A DNA stretch of 63,837 bases, filler included, from Globobulimina sp. (taxonomy: Eukaryota), in assembly GCA_003354225.1 (NCBI GenBank). It is 54 parts of 54 records of this genome, joined end to end, with 100 filler letters (N's around TTAATTAATTAA, not from the genome) between each part and the next. Parts side by side here need not be neighbours in the genome. Positions count along the whole stretch, not along the records: positions 11,851 to 12,935 come from PIVH01023958.1; positions 13,036 to 14,120 come from PIVH01023959.1; positions 14,221 to 15,304 come from PIVH01023960.1; positions 15,405 to 16,488 come from PIVH01023961.1; positions 16,589 to 17,672 come from PIVH01023962.1; positions 17,773 to 18,856 come from PIVH01023963.1; positions 18,957 to 20,040 come from PIVH01023964.1; positions 20,141 to 21,224 come from PIVH01023965.1; 46 more parts are not named here. One strand, given 5' to 3'. The notes beneath the pieces were generated by a model. That model did no database searches, was not told where the DNA came from, and saw nothing but the letters and a program-made list of their open reading frames with translations. Below, piece by piece: positions 12,611 to 25,422 of this stretch. Position 1 is the first letter of the stretch. The number at the start of each line of letters is the position of its first letter. Both the position numbers and the translations under genes were made by a program.

Positions 12611-13035
12611 CTGTCAGAGCGGATAATTTATATCAAAATAGTTGTGATTAACTAGCTCATCAATATTTGTATTTTGTTTATGTTGGTTCCTTTTCTGCCT
12701 TTTGGCTAAAATCGGTGTAATAGCAGTTCTTATCAGCCTGATCTCTGCATGATTGGAATATTATTTAGTTTCACACCCAAAGTATTCTCAAACAAAGGCA
12801 ACATTTTCATAAACACTTTCTTTATGCCATTATAAACAGTCTTAAATCTATACGGATCTAAATTTGGTATCTCAGACATTGTACACTCAGTTTCATTCAC
12901 TTCAAATCGCGTCGCAATCCATTTATGATAATTATNNNNNNNNNNNNNNNNNNNNNNNNNNNNNNNNNNNNNNNNNNNNTTAATTAATTAANNNNNNNNN
13001 NNNNNNNNNNNNNNNNNNNNNNNNNNNNNNNNNNN

Positions 13036-14028
13036 CATCCAACTCGTAACTTATTTACATCCTTTCCAAGTTCAGCATCCACAGCATCTAATTTCCATTG
13101 TAACTTTACTTTACCAAAGACACTCTGCACCGATACCAAAATTGGGGCCGGTATTTTTGTGAAATGACCGGATTGGTTTATAACTTCAATTACTTTCTGA
13201 GAATTACACATAAAATCAATATTGCAACTCTTAATTAATGAATTACCTTTTTTAACGACTCCCATTTCATTCACAATCTTGCCAACACTTAATATATTAT
13301 CCTTTCTCCGATCAATTGCATTAAAATCTACTTTTTTACTGACTGCTGTATAACAACTGTCAATATGCTGCGTATATTATGTTAGAATATGTATAAGTTT
13401 GTAACACATAACAAGTCTTAACAGATGATGCAATAATTGAATTCGCTTTGATTTGCTCGTATGCTTTATCTAATTTTGCCAATTTCTTATTAGAAATTTC
13501 TTTCAATTGCACCAATAACAATTCTTGTCTTTTAATCACTTGCTTTACAATATCACCATATGTGGTTGCTATTAATTTCGAACATTTTTGCACCTCAATT
13601 TGTATACCTGTGTAAAATAAAAAGTTATGTGAGCAACGTGTGTGTCATTTGGCATATAAGATCCGTACTGTTTTTGGCATCATTGATATTGGTCATAGAT
13701 TCTTCAATCTCTTTAAACTTTGCCTCCATTTCCAAAATTACTTTTCGTTCCTCGGGATCCACCAAAACCTGAGGTAATATTATAAGTATAATATATATTA
13801 ATTGTTAGGATATACATTTAATTTATTTCTTGTTGGCTGCGGTACATTCTTTATAATCATTTGAAATTTGATTCTCTCTGTGGTTGATAAACCAATTTCG
13901 TTGCTTAAGTTTTTTAATTCTTGTTTATCGTTCACGTCAATCTCTTGCAAAAATTCGCTGTCAATAATGTGAACGTACGGAAATTGTATATCAACATCTA
14001 TACACATTACAAGAGAACACAGTAACAC
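13036..14028 (-). CDS. Multi-exon coiled-coil protein (SAM-like start, FN3-like strand at the end), partial
   Basis: Successive minus-strand ORFs separated by short AT-rich intron-like gaps. Confidence 0.4.
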
Positions 14029-14220
14029 TTCTTAACAAATCGTTACCGCTTAAAATTTTGGCAACAAAAAATTGGAGCACACAACAAGTTTTAACTTGTA
14101 ATATAAAAGAATTTGCACTANNNNNNNNNNNNNNNNNNNNNNNNNNNNNNNNNNNNNNNNNNNNTTAATTAATTAANNNNNNNNNNNNNNNNNNNNNNNN
14201 NNNNNNNNNNNNNNNNNNNN

Positions 14221-14983
14221 CACAACATCACATTTCCTCTTATTTGTTATTTGCATCACTTTCTCGTAAAAACTTGTCTCTTTATACATAATCACATAAT
14301 CTGCACCATTTTCCAATGCTATTTGTCTCTTTCTTTCATTGCTCACCGTCGTTATAACACATTTTGCGCCACATATTTTTTTACATATTTGAATCAGTAA
14401 ACCACCCGTTCCTCCAGCACCGGCATGTATTAATACCGTATCTTTGTTGGACACTTTGTATAAATCACGACATAAATAATGTGCAGTTAACCCTTGTGAC
14501 AGTATGGATGCTGCGTATTTATACACTGATAATTCATCAGTGTTGCTATCGAATAATATTTGAGGTATTTTAATAATATTTCGATTTCTTATTGAAGTCA
14601 CGAGATGTGTTGAATAGGAACCAATGGTGCTGTCCCAACATACTCTGTCGCCCATTTTATATGTGTTTCTTGCATTTTTTCCGACTGAAATAATAATTCC
14701 TGATCCTTCTAAGCCAAGTCTGGTTACACCAGGATATAAACCGCTTGGTAGAATTTAATGTTTTATTATTGATGTGTGTTTGGATGAATATATAAAGTAT
14801 ACCTTCGGTGATATGTATCAATAAAGTTTACACCGCAAACTTTGACTTGAATCACAACTTGATTGTCTTTTGGTGGTTTTATTGTATATCTCTCATATAA
14901 TAACTAATCGGCACCACCTTTATTGAGTTTATTCTGTACTTGTTTTTAAAAAAAATATTGATTTCAAACAATACCTTTGTCAT
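14221..14983 (-). pseudogene. NADPH:quinone oxidoreductase (zeta-crystallin/MDR family), 3'-partial, with an in-frame TAG
   Basis: GVNFIDTYHR|SGLYP...LGLEGSG...GLTAHYL...VLIHAGAGGTGGLLIQ; GT-AG intron 14744-14802; TAG at 14904-14906 in GGAD*LLYE. Confidence 0.8.
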
Positions 14984-15404
14984 TTTCTCGAACAACAACA
15001 CGATACCCAGTTCTCGAAGACATGCTATATTGTTATTCAACAAAAAAACTTTACTTTCGCTTCATGTCTTCAAAACACTAAGAAATCATCAAAACAGTTT
15101 CATTGATTATTTACTTATTGTATGTCAAATTGACTATGTCCAACTAAGTGATTTTCGAGACCGTTACATTTCATGTCTCCAATGTCTACACTTGTCTTTT
15201 AGATTGGCGATCCTAAATATGATTCTCATTAATTAATTTCGTCTAAAAGTATCTACGACGAATCAAAAAGTATCAACGACGTCCCGATTTACTTTTTTCA
15301 AGAANNNNNNNNNNNNNNNNNNNNNNNNNNNNNNNNNNNNNNNNNNNNTTAATTAATTAANNNNNNNNNNNNNNNNNNNNNNNNNNNNNNNNNNNNNNNN
15401 NNNN

Positions 15405-15977
15405 ATTGGATTTTATATTCCTTTTTGTAATATGGTAGCTCCAATGTTTGAAGAAAATGCTGATCAACAAAATAATAATAATAATAAGTTTTGTTCATTT
15501 ACAAATACAATAAAATTTATTAAACCATATTTGAGTATGATTACTGTCACAAAATGCTGTATGTTGATATTATCCGTTTTTATATTCAATAAAAACCACA
15601 ATGTTTTTGCTATTCTCATATCGCAATGTATAATAATGATGGTATTGCTATGTATGACATTGATGTGGTCATTCTCCAATTTGTCTAAATATGGTTTGAA
15701 TGACAATGAACCAGCATTTCCATTTAGTGTCTCAATGCTGCGTTTATTTGGATTCTTTTGTTGTATCATTGGATGTGTTGTAAAAATGTTTAATTTGGAT
15801 TTGCTGATTTTGTGTAGCATTATTCTCATCTCTGCAATCATTGTAATCATCATTTATTTGAAATGTCATTCCGATTTTAATAAACCTTTATTTACAAATG
15901 ATGAGGATATCGGCTTTTTTGTTCAATGTAATAATAAAACACAATCAATGAAAGTCATTCATCGACATCAAGATTGA
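15405..15977 (+). CDS. Multi-pass membrane protein C-terminus
   Basis: Several hydrophobic helices in a 181-aa ORF. Confidence 0.5.
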   Translation: MGFYIPFCNMVAPMFEENADQQNNNNNKFCSFTNTIKFIKPYLSMITVTKCCMLILSVFIFNKNHNVFAILISQCIIMMVLLCMTLMWSFSNLSKYGLNDNEPAFPFSVSMLRLFGFFCCIIGCVVKMFNLDLLILCSIILISAIIVIIIYLKCHSDFNKPLFTNDEDIGFFVQCNNKTQSMKVIHRHQD

Positions 15978-16304
15978 CAGTTATTCTTTAATCTTTATAC
16001 GATTATTTTGTTCACCTTTTTATCGTCTCTGACAACTAGTCAACTGTCAGAATGTAATGGGTTTTCATCTAACCACTTCGTTTTTACTTGCACTGAAAAA
16101 TCATTATGTCATGGAATTGCACCTTGTGTACATTTCAAAACCATGGAGAAAAATATTGCACAATGTGTGGTAAATCAAGACCGGTGCAAAGTAATGTTGC
16201 TAAGCAACAGGTTTGTTGATTGATAATTTGATACAATTTATTTATATTAAATATATTTATCTCCTCGAAAGAAACAATCACAACCACCTTCATTCGAAGC
16301 ACAT

Positions 16305-16488
16305 ATGTCGTTGTCCGAGGCGCAGCAATTATGTGTTTATGATAAAATTGATCATCGATCTGACAAATTTCTTTATGGAACAGTATCAGAAAAAAAAGGG
16401 ACAAAGTTAAAGATTCATTATGATGGTTGGTCACAAAAATGGGATGTTTGGAGTGATTATTCAGAGGAACTACAGAATTTTGCAAAGG
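16305..16488 (+). CDS. MBT/Tudor-like (Royal family) domain, N-terminal fragment
   Basis: GTVSEKKGTKLKIHYDGWSQKWDVW motif. Confidence 0.6.
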
Positions 16489-16588
16489 NNNNNNNNNNNN
16501 NNNNNNNNNNNNNNNNNNNNNNNNNNNNNNNNTTAATTAATTAANNNNNNNNNNNNNNNNNNNNNNNNNNNNNNNNNNNNNNNNNNNN

Positions 16589-17022
16589 GGTGTAAACGCC
16601 AGGTCTTCTCGAGCTTTCGTTGCTGAGATATTGGGTCTCGAAACGAAAATGACCAAAATTTGGCACTTTGCCAAATAAGCAAATTTTTCACTGAAAAGTA
16701 CTCTCCTGGGATAATTTTTGCCGCAGAGTTCATTTTTGATACTCCTAAGGTCCGCTGGATTCAATAAAAGGCATAACATATCATCTTCCTGCCTAAATGG
16801 ATTTCTTGGATGTAACAGATACCGCGACCCTCGTTTATGCCTTTTATTGTATCCAACGGACTTTGGGAGTACAAAAAATGAACTCTACGGCAAAAATTAT
16901 CCCAGGAGAGTGCTTTTCAGTAAAAAATTTGCTTATTTGGCAAAGTGCCAAATTTTGGTCATTTTCGTTTCGAGACCCAATATCTCAGCAACGAAAGCTC
17001 GAGAAGACCTGGCGTTTACACC
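16589..17022. repeat. Long imperfect fold-back (~190-bp arms, ~55-bp spacer)
   Basis: 16589-~16777 is the reverse complement of ~16833-17022 with scattered mismatches; mirrored ORFs appear in the track. Confidence 0.9.
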
Positions 17023-18309
17023 AATCGATGCGCAATGAAAAGTTGTTTATTCGCGCGACTATTTTGAGCAGTTTGGAGCATGTTTTGACCGTTTTGCCGC
17101 GGAAAAACCGTTTTTGGCACTTTTTGACCATTTTTGGCTCTGACAGGGTTCCGCAAAATGGCTGTAACTCTGGTATGGTTGGAGCAATCTAACTCAAATT
17201 TGTTTTGGAATATCCCCGAGACATATGCTATCGATCCTGTGATTTTCATAAAAATTGGTCAGTTGCCAAAAAAAACTCTTTTTTGACATATTGCCAATTT
17301 TCCAAAAATTTGGGAATTTTTTTCAAATTTTGAAAAAATTGTCACGGAAAAAATTCTCCTGGTCCTAAGGAACATTTTGGTGTATAAATGTCTAGGGTTC
17401 TTTTGCTAGTTAAATATAATTTGCAAAAAAAACTTTTTCGCCAATCTTTACTAGACAGACTTTAGTTTTGTGGTGATCACTGTGTGTGAAAATTGCACGT
17501 TTGAATTGAGTAAGGTTACGTGTTTTTAAATCACGTACCTACTGTAAGTAGGTATGTACCATATAAATTACGACGGCTAAATTTTTACAAAATACACCAA
17601 AGAGCGACTTTTGAAGCAGTTATGGTTTGTGAAACGTTTATTAACTACGACGGCTAAATATTCTAACAAAAANNNNNNNNNNNNNNNNNNNNNNNNNNNN
17701 NNNNNNNNNNNNNNNNTTAATTAATTAANNNNNNNNNNNNNNNNNNNNNNNNNNNNNNNNNNNNNNNNNNNNAATAAATTTGCAAAATATAAGCACGCAT
17801 TGTGCGGTATCAATGGTATCATATTTAGATCCATGTTATTGCCAACAAATTCTTTCCTATTCTTAGCAGTTAGGCCAAATGTTACAGTCTTTAAATCATT
17901 GTCTATTTTATATATTTTACGACGTAAATCTAATATCATATTAATATCCAATTTATTGCTATTATTTGTGGTTAATAAGCATCTAAATTTGCCATATTCA
18001 CTTTCGACCTCTTGAACATTTGGTTCATGGCAATTAAAATAATCGTCATATGCAATATTATTATAACCGTACCACGAGGCTGGATTCAAACCGTTTAAAT
18101 TGATACCATTTGCATGGAAATCGGGGTCAAACTCTTGAATGCCATCAAATTCGTGTTTGGAATGTAAGGAAAAGTCAAATGGATCGCGTTTACTATCGGT
18201 TTCTCGCGGATTGAAGGTTGAAAAAATATTCTCCGACGGTGGTGGAACTGAGGGAGTGTTCTACATAAAACATGAAATAAAATATTATATATAGAATATT
18301 CCATAAATT

Positions 18310-18856
18310 TCATACCTCAATTAATTGATTGATGACATTCTCTCGAATATCTTTGGCAGTTTGTATTGAAATGGATGGAAATTGCATTACAATGTGCTGC
18401 GGTGTGGGTAATTGCTGTCCATTATATTCTAATATTTTATCATAAATCCATTGTGATATATTATCATTGATATTGACATCAATCGTTGTGATATCTGTGG
18501 TATGCGTTGAGTCTGTTACTTGTTTCGCGAATTCTTTGTATTTTTTTTTATTGTCAGATTTTTTTGTTAATCGTTGAGATTCTGGCATATGTGTCTTTTT
18601 TTGTGTTTGTTGAGTTTTGTCAAGATTTGCTGTAAACGGTCGTATTTTTCCAGGCTCAAATAATTCAGATTCAATGCGTTGTTGCATATCGTCAGAAATA
18701 TTATCTGTTTGTCCACTTTGTTGTTGTGGTGGCTGTGGTGGCTGTGGTGGTGGTGGTTGCTGTGGTTCTTGTTGTTGAATAAGAGGATGATGAGCTAAAT
18801 CCAATTGAGTTGGAATTGGCAATGGTTGTTGAGTCAGTGGTATTGCTTTTGGTTTT
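18310..18856 (-). CDS. Gln/Pro-rich hypothetical protein C-terminus
   Basis: 170-aa ORF. Confidence 0.4.
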
Positions 18857-18956
18857 NNNNNNNNNNNNNNNNNNNNNNNNNNNNNNNNNNNNNNNNNNNN
18901 TTAATTAATTAANNNNNNNNNNNNNNNNNNNNNNNNNNNNNNNNNNNNNNNNNNNN

Positions 18957-19660
18957 TGATTAAATGTTGGACCTGGACTGGGATCATTTGTTGGAATAAA
19001 TGTTGGATTTAAACTAGGATCAGCTGTGGGAATCAACATGGACAAACTGCCATTGTCTCAGAACAGTGCATTACTGAGCGATCGCATGAAATACAACATG
19101 GACAATCCCACGAACAGTTACCTGACGGATAGGTAATGCCATACAAAATAAGTTTGCATCGTGCAATGATGCTCCACTACTTCCTTTGATACGACATTGT
19201 TTAACATCTCCTTTTTTGTTATCAAAAACAATAATTTATAAGTGCGTGGATAAGGGATAATGGATATACCTTTGCAATGAAAATTGGCATTATAGCAAAC
19301 ATTTGTGTTTCCATTGGTACAGTCAAAATAACAGTCATTGACTGTGCCATCAAAATCGGAGATGGTTAAACCGTATGAAGCGTAGTTCGGTGGCAGTTGG
19401 TTGCCACAATGATATTCGCCATATTTGCATCCATTAATTCCGTTGCAATCAATATGTGTAGTTGGTGCTGCTGAATATACTTTGCCATTTGAATGATCTC
19501 CGCTTACAGTTACTGTGCAAGATGTTGCTGTTTTAGTGCATACGGGAATGATACCACTTGAAGGATCATTCCAGGTGCAATCTCCAGACGTGCATACACT
19601 CAGTGTTTGGGCAAATATATTATATACAATAGATGAAAACAACAATACAAAGAATATCAT
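18957..19660 (-). CDS. Secreted Cys-rich protein with PT-repeat linker, intron-containing
   Basis: Signal peptide MIFFVLLFSSIVYNIFA; many Cys; PT-type repeats at the contig end. Confidence 0.6.
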
Positions 19661-20184
19661 TTGTTGACAGTAGTGTTATACAAAGGAAAAAGTGTGTTGT
19701 AAAGTTTTCGTTATTTCAATTGTGCAAGGCTGGATATATAAAGTTAAAGTTATGCTTCATGTCATTTTAAGTCAGAATCGAGTCATGATGCATCGAGTTA
19801 ATAATCACAAAATCCTGCTGCAAATTTATTTGTGTTGAAGCAATATTTCGCATTGTCATTGTATTTAGACATAATTATACCGAAATTAATTTCTGTTTGA
19901 TTTATTAATCCATCATATTCTGTCATGAATGTGTTTCTTGCCATTAAATTTAAAAATGTGTATAATTTATGTTGAATATAAGTGTATCCAGCATACGAAT
20001 GAAGACATGTTGGTGATAATCCATATCCAGCTAAATATATNNNNNNNNNNNNNNNNNNNNNNNNNNNNNNNNNNNNNNNNNNNNTTAATTAATTAANNNN
20101 NNNNNNNNNNNNNNNNNNNNNNNNNNNNNNNNNNNNNNNNTTTTTAAGATATGCCACAAATTATTAATAATTAATTATGATAGG

Positions 20185-21110
20185 ATGAAAAAGTTTAATA
20201 GAGGACCACAACTTCCTATCAGAAGCAATGACGGAACACAAAAGAATGTGTTTATATCACGTTTAGTTCTCATGTCATTTGATCCAAGAGATAATATGGC
20301 TAAATTATTTGCGAGTCATTTGGATGGCGACAAGTACAACAATAAATTAACAAATTTAAAATGGTCGGAGAAGCGAAATACAAAGCCGACAGGTTCTCGT
20401 AAATCACCAATTAAGTTACAATCAAATGTAAATGGAGTGTTGGAGTTTGGAACTATCAAACACTGCAAGGAATATTTATTCACAAACAATATTGGTGTGT
20501 CAACATCCTGTATCTCTAACTGGTGCCGAGATAAAACACACAAACATATGGATATCGTTTCACATATCAAAATCCGGAAAAATATCAATATCAAGTTGAA
20601 GATAAAGAGAATGAAATTTGGAAAATGTTTGATATATCACTTAGAATGCATTATTATGTGTCTTGTTTTGGGCGTATTAAATCAAAAGTGATCACATCTG
20701 GTCGTGAACAACTTATGTCTCTCACACTGAATGGTGGATATTATCGTTTTCGGAGCAGCAGATGCTATGTACATAGAGTTGTTGCCAAATATTTTGTGGA
20801 GAATCCAAACAGTTATGATATGGTTGATCATATTGATGCAGATGTTTCTAACAACAACGCATTAAACTTAAGATGGGTAAAAGATCAAAAACAAAATCAC
20901 GAGAATCTACAATCTCGAAAGAATAAATCTATTGATATTAAAATAGAACAAATATCTTTGATCGACAGGTCTCTCATAAAAGTGTGGGAGAGAGCATCCG
21001 TTATTCATAATGAAATTGGGTTCCATTCTGGGTCCATATTGAATGTGTGTAGGAAAAAACAAAAGACAGCTTACGGTTTTGGTTGGCGTTTCGTTAGTAG
21101 TGTCACTTAA
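20185..21110 (+). CDS. Tandem HNH endonuclease with NUMOD4/NUMOD1 DNA-binding modules; one frameshift near 20545
   Basis: SHLDGDKYNNKLTNLKW; YVSCFGRIKS; HRVVAKYF...VDHIDADVSNNNALNLRWV; SILNVCRKKQKTAYGFGWRF. Confidence 0.85.
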
Positions 21111-21440
21111 CAGTTTTTAAACCATCCACAACATGAACGCGTTGAGGCTTTGTACTCGGAGGACACGTGTCTTGCAACATGTATGATTTGATCACAACAT
21201 GTGCGGCACCGCAGCCGGCACGATNNNNNNNNNNNNNNNNNNNNNNNNNNNNNNNNNNNNNNNNNNNNTTAATTAATTAANNNNNNNNNNNNNNNNNNNN
21301 NNNNNNNNNNNNNNNNNNNNNNNNATTTACGCTCAAAACTCCTTAAGGCTCAATCACCGCACTCGAAATAATGTGAGCTCAGCTGAACTCATGTGAAATC
21401 TGACTAGTTCAGAGTCAATATAAACGCCGGATATCTAATA

Positions 21441-22408
21441 TTGTGTTTATATGAGAATACAAAATATATATTTTCAGTTTTATTTATTTATGTAATATCA
21501 ATGGTTGGCATTTTATTTGGTATCTGGTTTATTTCATTAACCAATGAAGGAAGTGGTGATTTTGAAGTGGATAATATATGGGATGGACTGAAATATGTAT
21601 TTCTAGTATTCCTCGGCAGTGCGGATTTAGGCGGAGTTGGTGGCCAAACCATTGGTATTGTATTCATGGTTGGCGTTACGTTGTTTGGTACACTGATCCT
21701 TACAAATTTACTCATTGCATTGATGGCGACAGAATATGACCGGATGATGGAACAGGCACAGCAGGAAGTTGTATTTAATCAAACTGAGTTAACCTTTGAT
21801 TTATCCACGAGGTTACGGTTAATGCCACCGCCCTTAAATATAATTGTTATTGCATTCTGTTTTGTGGTCTGGTGTATCAATTTTATATTCTCAACGGTAA
21901 TACATCCAAAATTGAATATTTATGCTTATTTAAATCATCATTCATTTAACATTCTTCTGCAGTGCTATATGTATGGCTGGCCAGTATTGGTCACAATTAT
22001 ATTATGGATAACATTTATAACAGGCATTGCAGTAAATGATAAAACAGGCGATATCATTGCTATTATAGCAGCAGTATTAATGCTTTGTTTTTGGGCAGCT
22101 TTTCTTATTTATGTGTTTTCAAAAGAAATGGAACCTGTAAAACATTTTCAATTTATGACAAGAAAAGAATTATGTAAATGGTTTTGTGGTTGTGATGATG
22201 GAAGGTTTAGCGGCAAATTACATAGGATTTGTTTTGCTGAGTTGCGGGTTTCAACTAAATCACGATTGGGCCATACAGTGAAAGGTATTACTATGGCACA
22301 ATATATTGATGAGTATGAAATGGAACATAATGCAATAAATGCCGACGATAAATCATTATTGAAACAACTGACCACAAATACATTATTTTGTAGTAAATGT
22401 TATAAACC
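21441..22408 (+). CDS. TRP-like ion channel, pore/S6 region and C-terminus (partial)
   Basis: Pore-helix-like segment, S6 LILTNLLIALMATEY, then MPPPLNII. Confidence 0.7.
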
Positions 22409-22716
22409 NNNNNNNNNNNNNNNNNNNNNNNNNNNNNNNNNNNNNNNNNNNNTTAATTAATTAANNNNNNNNNNNNNNNNNNNNNNNNNNNNNNNNNNNN
22501 NNNNNNNNCTGGAAGCACTTAGGGCACTGGCCCAAACAAAGAAATATAAAAAGTATCGTATAAAATATTCTTCCTCTGGAAAAGTTTTATGTTTCCAGTA
22601 AAATTAACCTCAATTACGCAAGTTTCTTAATAAAATCAGAGAGTTTACTTTTAGACAAAGGGATTGATCACATTTTTGCAAGGAAAAAAGGGAGCAGAGT
22701 ATTAGAAAATTGTTTG

Positions 22717-22770
22717 GCATAACAAGCCAATTCAGCGGAGCTGAACGCCCGCTGATTGTAGTCGTTCCGC
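22717..22770 (+). mobile_element. Integron attC-like recombination site
   Basis: R'' GCATAAC, 5 bp, L'' AATTCAGC ... L' GCTGATT, 6 bp, R' GTTCCGC; L''/L' pair with one extrahelical base; lies 16 bp before the lysE ATG with AAGGA RBS. Confidence 0.7.
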
Positions 22771-22786
22771 TACACAAGGAAAATAT

Positions 22787-23407
22787 ATGTTTGATATACA
22801 AAACTATGGCAGTTTCATCATAACCATTGTTCTCTTTCAAATCATTCCGGGGGCCGGAACGATTACTATTTTGAATGCCACCGTGCGAAATGGTATCGGT
22901 ATCGGAATGAGTGCGGTCTTCGGAACTCTGGCAGGTGATTTTATATACATGGTTGCTGCAGTCCTCGGTCTGGCAGCAGTATTGAGTGTTTACCCCGGCA
23001 TACTTGCAAGCGCACAATGGGCCGGCACTGTTTACTTGTGCTGGATCGGCTGGAAACTTCTGCGGATATCAATGACAGAGCAACCAACAAATGTAGCATT
23101 GATGCAGGGAAGTTGGGCTTATTTTCGACAAGCACTCGCTGTCTGCCTCACCAACCCAAAGGCTATTATGTTTTTCATGGCCTTTTTTCCGTTGTTTCTC
23201 AGGCCTGAAGCTAAACCGGCAACTCTTTTCAGTCTAATGATGCACGTTACTGCCATCAGCTTTTTATACCAAACTTGTTTAGTGCTTGTTGGCAACGCTG
23301 TAGCCCGGCGACTTTCTCAATGGCAATACGCACGTTTATTGGCCAGTCGTTTGGCTGGAATAGCTTTTATTGGGTTTGGTATTAAATTAGCATTCAACAA
23401 TCGGTAA
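22787..23407 (+). CDS. LysE/RhtB family amino-acid exporter (bacterial)
   Basis: IIPGAG, AGTVYLCWIGWKLL, CLTNPKAIMFFMAFFPLF motifs; 206 aa; Shine-Dalgarno upstream. Confidence 0.92.
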   Translation: MFDIQNYGSFIITIVLFQIIPGAGTITILNATVRNGIGIGMSAVFGTLAGDFIYMVAAVLGLAAVLSVYPGILASAQWAGTVYLCWIGWKLLRISMTEQPTNVALMQGSWAYFRQALAVCLTNPKAIMFFMAFFPLFLRPEAKPATLFSLMMHVTAISFLYQTCLVLVGNAVARRLSQWQYARLLASRLAGIAFIGFGIKLAFNNR

Positions 23408-23460
23408 AACTGTCGAACCAATCGGTAAAACTGCTGAACCAATCGGTAAAACTGCTGAAG
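23398..23460 (+). repeat. 3 x 21-bp tandem repeat overlapping the lysE stop codon
   Basis: caatcggtaaaactgtcgaac / caatcggtaaaactgctgaac / caatcggtaaaactgctgaag. Confidence 0.9.
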
Positions 23461-23692
23461 CAGGCATTTCGCATAAGAGGAAAACTCTTAAATCCTGAAT
23501 TGTGATTTGATTATAAATAACTGAATAATTAATTATAAAATCAAGGAGAGGGTCACATGGCTATATTCCGGATTCTAATAATTGTTCTTTTTNNNNNNNN
23601 NNNNNNNNNNNNNNNNNNNNNNNNNNNNNNNNNNNNTTAATTAATTAANNNNNNNNNNNNNNNNNNNNNNNNNNNNNNNNNNNNNNNNNNNN

Positions 23693-24776
23693 TCAACTAT
23701 TAACATTTTGACATATTTCAACTATTTTTAACTATTTTGCTCAAAACATTCCATTCATCCTGTAAAAACAGTCGCACGGAAATTTACTTTTTTTAAATGC
23801 CCATAACTCTGGACTAGGTTTCGCTATTAAAGTCCGGTTTGTTGCGTTAGAGTAACCAATGGTTTGTAGTTTTACAAAATTACTTTAGTGTGCCAGAACA
23901 TTACCCATGTTAAGAAATACAAGCAGTTGGTTTCAATCGTAATTTATTAGTGAGTCTATCTCAAAGGTTCAATATGATATGACAAATATTTTGCTCAAAC
24001 CATTCCATTCATTCTGTAAAGTCGACAATCGAACATTTTACCCCAAAATGCCCAATAAATGTCTTTTGGACATTATAGAAAGAATGGAAGAATGCGTTGA
24101 ACAAAAGGGTTGTCCAATTGAGATAGACTTTGGTAATAAATTCCGATTGAAATCAACTGCTTGTATTTCTTAACATACGTAATTTTCTGCCACACTAAAT
24201 TACTTTTATAAAACTTCAAACCATGGAATATCTAACGCAACAAACCGAACTTCAATAGCTAAACCCAGTCCAGAGTTATGGTCATTTAAAATAAGTAAAT
24301 TTCCCCCTTATTTGTAGATTTATGACAAAGGCTAATATCAGGAATGGATTAAAACAAAACAGTAAAAGTGAAGTTAGGTAGAAGTACAGGGTGTCGCACG
24401 GAATTTTACTTTTTTTAAATGCCCATAACTCTGGACTGGGTTGACCAAATTAAATTAGTGTGTCAGAACATTACCCATGTTAAGAAATACAAGCAGTTGG
24501 TTTCAATCGTAATTTATTACTGAGTCTATCTCAAAGTTTCAATATGACAACTATTTTGCTCAAAACATTCCATTCATCCTGTAAAAACAGTCACACTGAA
24601 ATTTACTTTTTTTAAATGTCCATAACTCTGGACTGGGTTTCGCTATTAAAGTCCGGTTTGTTGCGTTAGAGTAACCAATGGTTTGTAGTTTTACAAAATT
24701 ACTTTAGTGTGTCAGAACATTACCCATGTTAAGAAATACAAGCAGTTGGTTTCAATCGTAATTTATTAGTGAGTCT
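23693..24776. repeat. Complex repeat: several direct copies and one inverted copy of a ~230-bp unit
   Basis: Blocks such as cataactctggact...cagaacattacccatgttaagaaatacaagcagttggtttcaatcg recur near 23.8, 24.45 and 24.7 kb; reverse-complement copy at ~24120-24300. Confidence 0.85.
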
Positions 24777-24876
24777 NNNNNNNNNNNNNNNNNNNNNNNN
24801 NNNNNNNNNNNNNNNNNNNNTTAATTAATTAANNNNNNNNNNNNNNNNNNNNNNNNNNNNNNNNNNNNNNNNNNNN

Positions 24877-25334
24877 AAAATAATTATATTCATTCGAATT
24901 ATTATAAATAAGATCGGGATTATAATCATGGAACATAAGAATATGATGAATTGCTGCGTCCATTGCGATTCATCATTGTTGTTATTATAAATTGTGAATA
25001 ACATACATAACGAGGCGGTGATAACGATGATGAAATTAATAAATCCAAATATATTGTCGTTGATAGTTAGGCATTTATGTAAGAAGGATTCATTTGCATT
25101 TTCTAAATTGTCTGGTATTATTTCATTGCTTTTTATGTGCAATGCTAAATCTGAAATATTCATATCACCGTATTTTTCGTCATCTGCGGTTATATTTTCA
25201 CGATCCTTATCATCTTTCATTAATAAATATTCATCTTCAGCCTGTTTATTGTTTGGTGAGCGAGGTTGAGATGTTGTTGACTGTGCTGTGCCAAATGATG
25301 CGCGATGCGGCTTCTTCTTCTTTTTGGTAAACAT
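24877..25334 (-). CDS. Membrane protein N-terminus
   Basis: Hydrophilic N-terminus followed by two TM helices. Confidence 0.5.
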
Positions 25335-25422
25335 TATTAAAAAAAAATGATTTTCCCCAAAGATTTGAAATGAAAAAAAAACTTGTATATATACGCAGTG
25401 TTTCTAGTCTAAAGTATAACAA

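Noticed and set aside
21106-21224. Minus-strand SSEYKASTRSCCGWF resembling a TnpB/Fanzor E-x-x-TS-x-x-CxxCG segment
   Set aside because: Too short and degenerate; it stops immediately and lacks the other RuvC motifs.
23398-23460. Possible mini-CRISPR
   Set aside because: The repeats are directly adjacent with no spacers and no cas genes.
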